Assembly: GCA_021815405.1 (NCBI GenBank)
Contig: JAKAGV010000007.1
Coordinates: 181,888-245,887, forward strand
DNA length: 64,000 bases
Direction: 5' to 3'
Source of the DNA: Bacteroidota bacterium
GTDB lineage: Bacteria; Bacteroidota; Ignavibacteria; Ignavibacteriales; Ignavibacteriaceae
Shown in pieces: positions 55,816-64,000 of the stretch; positions within the stretch are counted from its first letter, which is position 1, and every line of letters begins with the position of its first letter. The position numbers were made by a program, and so were the translations under genes. A model generated the notes under the pieces. It saw nothing but the letters and a program-made list of their open reading frames with translations, had not been told where the DNA came from and did not search any database.

Positions 55816-56766
55816 TTATTTCTTACTTTTTGATGACTTCAAGAATTGTTTTTTACTGACAAATATTCTTTTCCAGAAGTCAGCTTTCTTACCGTCGAAA
55901 TATGTATTATTAAATTGAGTTGATGTAATTGCCATGTCGGAAGTATCAGCAAAGGCGGAGACGTTAATTGCACCAAGAGATGAAGTCTGGATGGTCAATG
56001 TATAAAGCGACTTCCTGAACATTGACTGGTTGGGATTATCCAGGAAGTTCGGGTCTTCAATTTGCGATAGAGTTGAAAGATAATTTACAACATTTGCGGA
56101 ATCGGCTTGGATTCCATTTAACTCCCAGCGGTTATTTTCCTTTATCAATTGGAATGAACTATCAGCCGGGTAAGTAAAAGTAAGCTTGTTCCAATTATGG
56201 TAATCATCATTTATAACATGATCATCGCGAAAATAATCAGCGTCGTGGTTAAAAGAATAAGTTAGGAAGCCGTTGGTTTGATAAACATTCGGGTCATCTT
56301 CAACACGAACGTAGGTACTCATTGTTCTTGGCTGCTGGTAAGTAAATTTACCGATTGTTATATCGAGTGTCTTGTTATTGCCTTGATAAACTTTCACTCT
56401 TGTTCCCGTGGAATCAACTTGAAATTCTTTCCACTGACTTTCATTCTGTCCAGCAACACTTTCAGGTTTAATATTTAAAAGCTGAACAAACAAATCCTGA
56501 ACTTTAGAATAAGGAACTGAAGCCGTCTTTCCGTTAGACAGATTAACGTTCCAGTAATTTCCTTCCTTGAAAATTTTTACTTCCTTATGCCCAGTAGCCT
56601 GGGGATAGAGGCTAATGGAAGTAACCTTTGCCGTATCAATCGAAACAAGAGTACTCCTGAATGAGCGCTCATTCTTGCCAGCATTGAAAATATAACGCCA
56701 GGCAACGATGATTAAAAGTAATACAAAAATAATTCCGAGAATCTTAATCGAAAATTTATTAACCAT
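55816..56766 (-). CDS. DUF4340-domain protein (GldG-associated)
   Basis: 316 aa with an N-terminal anchor. It sits immediately downstream of gldG, overlapping it by 8 nt, as is usual for DUF4340 genes. Confidence 0.55.
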   Translation of the reverse strand: MVNKFSIKILGIIFVLLLIIVAWRYIFNAGKNERSFRSTLVSIDTAKVTSISLYPQATGHKEVKIFKEGNYWNVNLSNGKTASVPYSKVQDLFVQLLNIKPESVAGQNESQWKEFQVDSTGTRVKVYQGNNKTLDITIGKFTYQQPRTMSTYVRVEDDPNVYQTNGFLTYSFNHDADYFRDDHVINDDYHNWNKLTFTYPADSSFQLIKENNRWELNGIQADSANVVNYLSTLSQIEDPNFLDNPNQSMFRKSLYTLTIQTSSLGAINVSAFADTSDMAITSTQFNNTYFDGKKADFWKRIFVSKKQFLKSSKSKK

Positions 56767-58282
56767 AAGTTTCGTTCATCCATTTGTTTCTTATTGTTCT
56801 TCTTCTCTTATAACGGAAAATTCCATAGCCGATAATCAGAAGTATTGGAAGAAGGAAGTTCAAATACTTCACAAGAGTTTTAGTGTTTTCAGAGATATTT
56901 GCATTCAAAGGTCTGGAAGTAATACCTTTTGTCCGCAGAGCAATTAAGCCGGTATCATCGGAAAGCCAGTCAATCGCATTAGCCATTAAGTTGATATTAT
57001 CCGGATTCAGTCTCTGAGCATTTTGCCCTGAGCCGTTTGTAGCAAAGTCTCCGCTGCCGAATACAACCATCTTTGAAAAAGTGTTGTTGACAATTTTTCC
57101 GTCCACAGCAACTGCAACCGGAAGAGAAGAAACAGGAAAATCATTTTTTGTCCACTGCTGTGCTGCGTTAAAATACACTGGTGGCTTTTGAATACCAGCT
57201 CTGTCAGAAGTTGTTGCCAGGGTAACAATTTGAACCGAAGGATTTTTTGCAGAGTATTTAATCGGGCTGGCGAACGGAAACATAACTTGCTCGATTCCTT
57301 TTGTAATTGGGTGGTCAGCAAAGTTTGTAATCATAGGCAGGTAAGGAAATCTTACCGGTGTATTCATTACAAACATTCCCTCCTGCTGACGCACCATAAT
57401 ACTTCCGCAACTTGCATCGACAATAAAAGCATCTTCAACATCAATCCCTTTTTGCTTCAGCCAGCTATCAAGTCCGGTATTAAGACTTTCACCGGTTGCA
57501 TTTGATAAGTTGCCTTTCACACGATCGAGTGCAATTAAAATTCTTCCGCCGTTCGAAAGGTAATTATCAAGCTGAGTTAAGTATTCAGGTTTAATAGTAT
57601 CCTGCGGAGAGATAATTATTAGAGTTTTGTAGTCACTTGGGATTGTAGTTGAATCAGTTAAAGTAACTGTGTTAATATCATAAAGAACTGAAAGCTGACC
57701 TTCAAGCTGCTGCAATTCAGAAAGAGCCGGTTCTCCGTTTCCCTGGAGAAAAGCAATCTTGGTTTTATTCTTCAAGGATAATTTTTTAATCGTCGAAGAA
57801 AGAGCATATTCCATTGCAGAGCCTGGCTGAATCAACGGTATAATTTCTTTCTTTCCTTCGTAGGATAATACGGCGCCTAAGTAGGCACGCTGCTGTTTCA
57901 TCTGGTCACGCTCACGGACGTTAATCATCACCGGCTGAATTCCAGCTTGCTGTGCCTTCATTTCCGATTCCTGGTTCTTATTCGGATTAATAAAATCATA
58001 AACTACTTTACCGTTGGAATTATCGTTGTATTCGATCAGCATATCTTTAAAATCATTTCTTACCTGCGCAATGTCCGGCGGAAGATTTTCGGAAAAGTAT
58101 GCTGTAACAGTTACCGGTGCATCAAGCGAATTCAAAATATTTTTGGTGGCTTGACTTAGTGTGTATTGATGACCTTGGGTAAAATCCAGGCGAACGAAAA
58201 AATTATCGGATACAATATTCAGAAGAACTATTATTCCGAAAATCAAGAGGATTGAATAAAGTACTTTTTGTTTTGTCAGCAT
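56759..58282 (-). CDS. gldG: GldG-family ABC-transporter auxiliary component
   Basis: 507 aa with N- and C-terminal TM anchors around a large periplasmic domain. Operonic with the gldA- and gldF-like genes. Confidence 0.7.
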   Translation of the reverse strand: MLTKQKVLYSILLIFGIIVLLNIVSDNFFVRLDFTQGHQYTLSQATKNILNSLDAPVTVTAYFSENLPPDIAQVRNDFKDMLIEYNDNSNGKVVYDFINPNKNQESEMKAQQAGIQPVMINVRERDQMKQQRAYLGAVLSYEGKKEIIPLIQPGSAMEYALSSTIKKLSLKNKTKIAFLQGNGEPALSELQQLEGQLSVLYDINTVTLTDSTTIPSDYKTLIIISPQDTIKPEYLTQLDNYLSNGGRILIALDRVKGNLSNATGESLNTGLDSWLKQKGIDVEDAFIVDASCGSIMVRQQEGMFVMNTPVRFPYLPMITNFADHPITKGIEQVMFPFASPIKYSAKNPSVQIVTLATTSDRAGIQKPPVYFNAAQQWTKNDFPVSSLPVAVAVDGKIVNNTFSKMVVFGSGDFATNGSGQNAQRLNPDNINLMANAIDWLSDDTGLIALRTKGITSRPLNANISENTKTLVKYLNFLLPILLIIGYGIFRYKRRRTIRNKWMNETYG

Positions 58283-58287
58283 AATTT

Positions 58288-59013
58288 TTATTCTACAATA
58301 TTTCTTTTAGATAAAGAAGCTTCGGCTAAAATTAATCCTAACACGGTAATGCTTAGGAAAAAGATTACGTCTCTCGAATCAACAACACCGCGTGAGATGG
58401 AATCGAAATGTGTCGAGAGGCTGAGGAAACTTAAAAGCTCGCCTAAGAAGCCGGTTAAGTTCGAAGCAAGTACATTAAATATTATTAAGAAGAAAACTCC
58501 AATGAACAATGAAAGCAAGAAAGCAACAATCTGGTTATTTGTAATACTGCTTGCAAACAAGCCAATGCCGATGAAAGACATACTCATCAATATCAAGCCG
58601 AGATAACCGCACCAGACTGCGCCGTGGTCAACCGGTCCCATAGCCCAGACACTAATGTAGTAGGGAAGTGTAAGAAGCAGTGCAATACCAATTAGCTCTA
58701 GGCAAGCGAGAAATTTTCCTAAGATGACATCCCAGTCAGTAACTGCTTTGGTTAGCAGAAGCTCAATCGTTCCGGTTTTATTTTCTTCAGCAAGCATTCG
58801 CATAGTAAGTGCCGGAGTGAAGAAAAATAAAGTCCAGTATGCAACCGAGAAAAACGGCTGGAGGCTTGCTTGCCCAATGAAGAAAATGTCTGAACCGGAA
58901 AGCCATGTAAAAAATCCGCTCAATCCTAAGAATGCTATAATAAGAATGTAAGCGGTAAGTGAATCGAAAAATGATCTAAGTTCACGTAAAGAAATAATCC
59001 AAATTTTTCTCAT
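58288..59013 (-). CDS. gldF: ABC-2-type permease, GldF-like
   Basis: 241 aa with six TM helices. N-terminus MRKIWIISLRELRSFFDSLTAYI is typical of GldF. Confidence 0.7.
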   Translation of the reverse strand: MRKIWIISLRELRSFFDSLTAYILIIAFLGLSGFFTWLSGSDIFFIGQASLQPFFSVAYWTLFFFTPALTMRMLAEENKTGTIELLLTKAVTDWDVILGKFLACLELIGIALLLTLPYYISVWAMGPVDHGAVWCGYLGLILMSMSFIGIGLFASSITNNQIVAFLLSLFIGVFFLIIFNVLASNLTGFLGELLSFLSLSTHFDSISRGVVDSRDVIFFLSITVLGLILAEASLSKRNIVE

Positions 59014-59015
59014 GA

Positions 59016-59948
59016 TTATTCTGTAGTTAGTTCTCTAAAAATATCTTCAAGTTTAGTCTCTATTGGAGTCATCTCCGAAAGGAACCATTTGTTTTGAACA
59101 CAAAGATTAAAAACATTTCGCCTTGATGAAGCGCCGGGTTTACTCTGCAGCATAAAAATTCCATTATTATCTTTAGCTGGATCAACCATCTGGATTGTCT
59201 CGATCTTCTGAAGCTCCGAAATAACGTAGTCTTTGCTGTCGTAATCCTGGATTTCTATCCGCAGCATTTCGTTTCCTTGAGCTTGCTTGCGTAAAGTTTC
59301 TGAAGTTCCGTCCGCAACAATCTTTCCATTATTTATGATTAAGATGCGGTCGCAAGTTGCTTCAACTTCCGGCAGGATATGAGTGCTTAGGATAACAGTC
59401 TTCTCTTTTCCAATATGCCTGATGAGTTTCCTAATTTCTATTATTTGGTTCGGATCAAGACCGGTTGTAGGTTCATCAAGAATTAAAATTTCCGGATCGT
59501 GAATCATTGCCTGTGCCAATCCGACTCTCTGCCTGTAGCCTTTTGAAAGCTCACCAATCTTTTTATGCTTCTCTGCATTTAAACCGCAGACATGCACCAT
59601 CTCAACAATTCTATTCTGAATTTTATTTTTCTCAATACCCTGAAGCTCTCCGACAAAATCGAGATATTCAAGTACCGGCATGTCTAAATATAATGGATTA
59701 TTTTCCGGCAGGTATCCGATTTTCTTTTTAATTTCTTCTTGGTTTGAATGGATTGAAACATCATTTACCTTTACATCCCCGTTTGTAGGCGCCATAAAAC
59801 AAGTAATGATTTTCATTGTGGTCGTTTTTCCTGCACCGTTAGGACCTAGAAATCCTAAAATCTCGCCGGTGTTTACTTTAAATGATATGTCGTCGACAGC
59901 TTTTTGCAGTCCGTATTGCTTGGTAAGATTCTCAACAATAATGCTCAT
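59016..59948 (-). CDS. gldA: ABC transporter ATP-binding protein, GldA-like
   Basis: Walker A GPNGAGKTT, signature LSKGYRQR and Walker B ILILDEP. Confidence 0.8.
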   Translation of the reverse strand: MSIIVENLTKQYGLQKAVDDISFKVNTGEILGFLGPNGAGKTTTMKIITCFMAPTNGDVKVNDVSIHSNQEEIKKKIGYLPENNPLYLDMPVLEYLDFVGELQGIEKNKIQNRIVEMVHVCGLNAEKHKKIGELSKGYRQRVGLAQAMIHDPEILILDEPTTGLDPNQIIEIRKLIRHIGKEKTVILSTHILPEVEATCDRILIINNGKIVADGTSETLRKQAQGNEMLRIEIQDYDSKDYVISELQKIETIQMVDPAKDNNGIFMLQSKPGASSRRNVFNLCVQNKWFLSEMTPIETKLEDIFRELTTE

Positions 59949-60116
59949 TTTTCCTTGTGGTAGTTTAAATGAAAAATGTTCGTACCAAAATTATTCATCT
60001 TACAATTTTGATAATTCTAAATGAAATACTTTTCTAAAAAGAATTTTTTTAGACGGAGGCGGAATTAAAAGGTTCCGTACTAAAAAAAATTTTTAATTTT
60101 CCATTAAAATAGTAAG

Positions 60117-61529
60117 ATGAATCGGAGAATGTTATATTCTCCGGAACAATTTTTAAATTTTCGAAATTCGATGAAAATAAAGTCTGATTCCCTTGAGCGA
60201 AGTCTTGGACTGCTTCACGCAACTGCTTCCAACATGGCGACAATGGTCGGTATTGGTCCGTTTATTACGATCCCTTTAATAATTTCTGCGATGGGCGGAC
60301 CGCAGGCAATGCTTGGCTGGGCGGCAGGCGCTATCATTGCAATCTCGGACGGGCAGGTCTGGGCGGAACTTAGTACTTCTCTTCCAGGCGAAGGCGGTTC
60401 ATACATCTATCTTCGTGAAGCTTATAAAAAATATTTCGGCAAGCTGATTGCCTTTCTCTTTATCTGGTCATTTCTTTTAAGCGGTCCATTTGAAATTGCT
60501 TCCGGTTTTGTTGGAATGATGGAATATCTTTCATTTATTTTTCCGTGGATGACAGGAATAAACCTGCGGCTTATTGCTTTTGCTGCCGGGGTCGTTACTA
60601 TAATTCTTCATTATAATAAGATTAAGTTTGTCGGAGTGGTGACAGTCGTTCTTTGGGTAGTAATGCTTTTGACTGTCGGGATTACAATTGTTGTTGGTGT
60701 AATTCATTTCAAACCTGAAATTGCTTTTAATTTTCCTAAAGGCTGGTTTACTTTTTCATGGGGATTTATTTTTGGATTAGGCAGCGCTACAATGATTGCA
60801 ATGTATGATTTGATGGGCTATTACAATATCTGCTATGTTGAAGAGGAGGTAAGAAATCCCGGCTACGTTTTTCCCCGAGCAATACTTTGGTCGGTTATCG
60901 GCGTAACAATTTTGTATGCCGTGATGAACTTTTCCATTATTGGTGTTTTGCCATGGCATGAAGTAGCAAAGTCAAAGCATATCGTCTCTGATATTTTTGA
61001 AAATTTTTACGGAAGGACTCCGGCAGTTCTAATAACAATTCTTGTCGCAGTTACCGCTTATGGTTCAATCTATTCGCTTATGATGAGCTACTCGCGGCTT
61101 CCGTTTGCAGCGGCTCGCGACGGTTTTTTCTTTGACTGGCTTAAAGCTGTTCATCCGACAAAACATTTCCCGAATTATTCTCTCCTTTTGGTCGGCGGAA
61201 TAACCTGCATTGCAAGTCTCTTCAATCTTGATTTTATTATAGCAGCAACTTTATCCAGCCGGATTTTAATTCAATTTTTAGGACAGATTATCGGTTTAAC
61301 AGTCTTGAGAAAAACACAACCGGAATTGAAACGACCATTTAAAATGTGGCTGTATCCAATTCCTTCAATCGTGGCTTTTATAGGCTTCACTTATATTTTT
61401 ATCAGTTCGGGAGTCGAAGCCATCAGTCTTGGGCTTGTATGGCTGATTGTAGGTGCAATTTTCTTTTTTTCCTGGGCAAAGAAAATGCATGAGTGGCCGT
61501 TCAGACTAAATGAATTTGCTGCAAAATAA
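60117..61529 (+). CDS. APC-superfamily amino acid/polyamine permease
   Basis: 470 aa, about 12 TM helices, with N-terminal motif ASNMATMVGIGPFI. Confidence 0.8.
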   Translation: MNRRMLYSPEQFLNFRNSMKIKSDSLERSLGLLHATASNMATMVGIGPFITIPLIISAMGGPQAMLGWAAGAIIAISDGQVWAELSTSLPGEGGSYIYLREAYKKYFGKLIAFLFIWSFLLSGPFEIASGFVGMMEYLSFIFPWMTGINLRLIAFAAGVVTIILHYNKIKFVGVVTVVLWVVMLLTVGITIVVGVIHFKPEIAFNFPKGWFTFSWGFIFGLGSATMIAMYDLMGYYNICYVEEEVRNPGYVFPRAILWSVIGVTILYAVMNFSIIGVLPWHEVAKSKHIVSDIFENFYGRTPAVLITILVAVTAYGSIYSLMMSYSRLPFAAARDGFFFDWLKAVHPTKHFPNYSLLLVGGITCIASLFNLDFIIAATLSSRILIQFLGQIIGLTVLRKTQPELKRPFKMWLYPIPSIVAFIGFTYIFISSGVEAISLGLVWLIVGAIFFFSWAKKMHEWPFRLNEFAAK

Positions 61530-61531
61530 AA

Positions 61532-61879
61532 TTACTGGTGAGCTTTCAAGCTATCTTTTGTAATATCAAAGTGGCTGGCTGTCCATTTTACTTTTGAGTT
61601 TCCGTCAATCCAAATTAACTGCGGCGATTGATGCAGTACTTTCAGGTCAGCAGCAATTTTAAGGCTTACTTCTCGTTTGTCGATAACATTTACCTTAGCA
61701 AGTTTCAAATTAGAATTTTCTTCTAAGTTTGAACGCCATGAAGAGAAGTCTTCCTCAACCATCGCGCTGATTGAACAGACCGGGCTGAACTTGAAAATTA
61801 CAAGCTCTTCTTTTTCGGTTAGATTATTTCTTAGTTTCTCCCACTGATCAATATTTTTTAATTCGATTATATCTTGCAT
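61532..61879 (-). CDS. ytxJ: YtxJ-family thioredoxin-like monothiol protein (bacillithiol-system associated)
   Basis: 115 aa. VIFKFSPVCSIS matches the single-Cys T/S-C-P/S-IS motif of YtxJ (DUF2847). Confidence 0.65.
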   Translation of the reverse strand: MQDIIELKNIDQWEKLRNNLTEKEELVIFKFSPVCSISAMVEEDFSSWRSNLEENSNLKLAKVNVIDKREVSLKIAADLKVLHQSPQLIWIDGNSKVKWTASHFDITKDSLKAHQ

Positions 61880-62340
61880 TATTTTCTTTTGTCGCTAAAA
61901 AGTTTCTTAAAATATTCTTGATTGTTTATTGATTCAATTCTTTTGTCTTCCTCATTGGAATCATCCTTGCTTTTAATATGCGAAGCAAACTCTTCACTCA
62001 GAATTGTTTCGCATCCGCATTTCTTTGCAAACTCTTTCAAAGCATCGTCAGAAGAAACAACAATTAGATTCCGCCGGTTCTTTACGGATTCAATTTCATT
62101 TCGAATATTTTCGTCAGCAGTTTTTTGATTGCTGTAAAAGATTTTAATCTTTTCTGTTTGAATCGGCAAGTTTTGAAAGCCGTCAAAGTGAAGAGAAACT
62201 TTTATATCCTTACCGCCGGAAAATCGCTCGATCATAAATGAAAGCTTTTCTCGCGGAGCCTGTTTATCCTTTTTCAACATCGCTTCAAGATTTCTGATTT
62301 TATGAAGTAAATTATTTCCGTCGATGATGTAATGTTTCAT
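61879..62340 (-). CDS. NYN/PIN-like YacP-family RNA-binding (ribonuclease-like) protein
   Basis: 153 aa with N-terminus MKHYIIDGNNLLHKI. The stop overlaps the ytxJ start. Confidence 0.65.
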   Translation of the reverse strand: MKHYIIDGNNLLHKIRNLEAMLKKDKQAPREKLSFMIERFSGGKDIKVSLHFDGFQNLPIQTEKIKIFYSNQKTADENIRNEIESVKNRRNLIVVSSDDALKEFAKKCGCETILSEEFASHIKSKDDSNEEDKRIESINNQEYFKKLFSDKRK

Positions 62341-62346
62341 GTTAAT

Positions 62347-64000
62347 TTACTTTCCGTTGTAAAATTCTCCGCGCTTTTCAACTTTTAAGTCCTGAAGCTG
62401 CGGTGCCTTAACTCTGATTTCAAAATAATAACCGGCAAATGTACCAACCGGATTCCACGTAAAATCCATTAGCCAGCACTCGAGGTCGCGTGAAATTCTT
62501 ATTTGCGGCGCTGCAAATTCTTTATGAGTAAAATCATAACTGCCCGTCATAGAAATTTTCCACTTAGGAGTTAAATTAAAATTCAAGCTTGCACTCATGT
62601 TAGACGAAATAGATTTATTAAAAGGATCAGTCTGAGAATAAGAATAATTGTAACTAAGTGACAGGCTCCACGGTATACTGAAGTCCGCTTCCTGATTGTT
62701 GTAAATTCCCTGGTAATTATTCCGGTTAGGCATAAAAGCCTCACTTTGAATTCTATTTGTATCCTTCTTGCTTTCGGCGGATTTTAATTTTTCACCTGAG
62801 AGACTTGTGGAAATTGAAAAGTTAAAATTCTGCAGCCGTAACAATCCTTTGCCTTCATTAATTAAAAATTTATTTATTACTCCTTTGTAAGTCGAATTGG
62901 GATCGTAATTATAATCATATAAAGTAAATCCGGAAGAACCTGAAAAGTTGAACCAATCTCCAACTTGGGTTCTATAGCTAAGATTAAGATTTGAAAATCT
63001 TAAACTATCGGCAGCAAAATTATAGCTGATTCCGGCGTTCAAATTAAGAAGCTGAATTTTATGTTCCTTGGATGTTGTGTCGGTCGGATCGGCGGCGGTC
63101 TTCATTTCAAAAACATTTCCTACATTAAAAGAAAGACTTTGCTGTTCTCCTGAAGGAGTACCGCTGAAAGGCTCAACTGCTTGACTGAATTTGTCGTACT
63201 TTATTTTGTTTCCCAGATAATCTGTGTAAGAAGAATAATAGCCCCAACTGGGTTTGGAAAAATCAGGAGTAAAATTGTATGAAACAGAAGGTGTAACAAT
63301 ATGTCTGATTGCGCTAATGCCAAACATATTCGGCTGGAACATTCCGAAAAATTTGGTTGATGCAGAAATTCCAAGATTAAAAGTCCTAACTGCAGCCAGC
63401 TTATGAATAATATCCGTAACAACAGAGTCTCCGGTACCTTCCGAATTTATTCCTACCGAATGCAATGCAGCTTGTTTGTTGTACCAATCTTCCGTGTAAG
63501 AAAAACTTGGAGAAATATTAAAGTACCCAATCTTTGGCGAAGCGCTGACATTGAAATTATGCTGGATTCCACCTTTGATTGTTAATTGTCCTCCGGCTTT
63601 ATTCCTGTCATTTAAAAAATAACCGGTATAATTATAACCTATCAACTCATACCACTTCTGGTCGGTATAATTTCCTTGCCGTCTGAACGGATACTGCTGA
63701 GGAATATTAAATGTTAAACTTGGCAGTACTTCGGAAATGTCTCCTGATTCAAGATTTTGACTTCTAATATAACCGAGTGAAAGACTGTTGCCGGATTCAT
63801 CCCAGGTTTTTGTAAGAGTAGCATTCGAATAGATATTATTAGTTAGCGCTTCATTTAAATTTGTTGTAGTTGACTGAATATAATTCTTGCCGGAAAGGAA
63901 TTGGAGGTTTGCATCAAGTCTTAAAGTCGGAGTAAAATCTTCATGGTGATTTAAAGAGAGGCTCCAATTTTTTGAAAGAGAAAATCCAGTAATTGGGTTA
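62347..64000 (-). CDS. Large outer-membrane beta-barrel protein, C-terminal part (LptD-like); 5' end outside window
   Basis: The frame stays open upstream of the track's ATG at 63645 (...QQYPFRRQGNYTDQKWYEL-MIGYNY...). Beta-strand-like alternating pattern. C-terminal WLMDFTWNPVGTFAGYYFEIRVKAPQLQDLK resembles Bacteroidota LptD-like proteins, from memory only. Confidence 0.45.
   Translation of the reverse strand, partial: NPITGFSLSKNWSLSLNHHEDFTPTLRLDANLQFLSGKNYIQSTTTNLNEALTNNIYSNATLTKTWDESGNSLSLGYIRSQNLESGDISEVLPSLTFNIPQQYPFRRQGNYTDQKWYELIGYNYTGYFLNDRNKAGGQLTIKGGIQHNFNVSASPKIGYFNISPSFSYTEDWYNKQAALHSVGINSEGTGDSVVTDIIHKLAAVRTFNLGISASTKFFGMFQPNMFGISAIRHIVTPSVSYNFTPDFSKPSWGYYSSYTDYLGNKIKYDKFSQAVEPFSGTPSGEQQSLSFNVGNVFEMKTAADPTDTTSKEHKIQLLNLNAGISYNFAADSLRFSNLNLSYRTQVGDWFNFSGSSGFTLYDYNYDPNSTYKGVINKFLINEGKGLLRLQNFNFSISTSLSGEKLKSAESKKDTNRIQSEAFMPNRNNYQGIYNNQEADFSIPWSLSLSYNYSYSQTDPFNKSISSNMSASLNFNLTPKWKISMTGSYDFTHKEFAAPQIRISRDLECWLMDFTWNPVGTFAGYYFEIRVKAPQLQDLKVEKRGEFYNGK

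Noticed and set aside
59949-60116. Possible riboswitch/leader upstream of the amino-acid permease (ACGGAGGCGGAATTAAAAGGTTCCGT hairpin)
   Set aside because: It is only a short 5-bp stem and shows no resemblance to the glycine, lysine or other riboswitch cores that I can recognise.

Overview
Low-GC (about 35% by eye) bacterial chromosomal window. Gene content suggests an Ignavibacteria or Bacteroidota/Chlorobiota-group organism: gldAFG plus DUF4340, a YtxJ thiol protein, a tmRNA with tag GESNYALAA, and many multiheme cytochromes. This placement is an inference. I can support about 58 protein-coding genes, one tmRNA, one decayed IS982-family element, a decayed DUF433/DUF5615 toxin-antitoxin-like pair, several intrinsic terminators and two tandem-repeat regions. 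Most of the window is housekeeping: folate, dapF, polyamine synthesis via aguAB, recQ, NfeD/stomatin and an ABC transporter. Main highlight: a plus-strand cluster at 29.7-39.9 kb. It encodes a polytopic membrane protein with two H-x13-H pairs (di-heme-b-like), a membrane-anchored 2x[4Fe-4S]/FAD/NAD(P) oxidoreductase, a 20-CXXCH cytochrome, and a 39-CXXCH cytochrome built from about 13 c7-like triheme modules. The larger cytochrome contains 432-bp tandem DNA repeats, 360 bp of which are perfectly identical between two copies. The cluster continues with a putative outer-membrane beta-barrel and two paralogous anchored TPR proteins. I read this as a candidate, possibly quinone-independent, transmembrane/extracellular electron-transfer conduit. 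Second highlight: a tightly packed six-gene minus-strand operon at 14.1-22.2 kb. It encodes an IDH-family dehydrogenase, an HD protein, a fused aconitase-family dehydratase, a PrpD-family protein, a fused CitD-CitE and CitF. No citC/citX/citG lie nearby. Smaller oddities: a 21-bp phased degenerate tandem array in an 865-bp non-coding gap, a duplicated VOC+SRPBCC two-gene cassette, repeated 21-nt motifs after two genes, and direct/inverted repeat arrays upstream of an acylating aldehyde dehydrogenase that is co-oriented with an orphan sigma-54 activator. All functional calls come from motif recognition by eye in the supplied translations. No searches were run.
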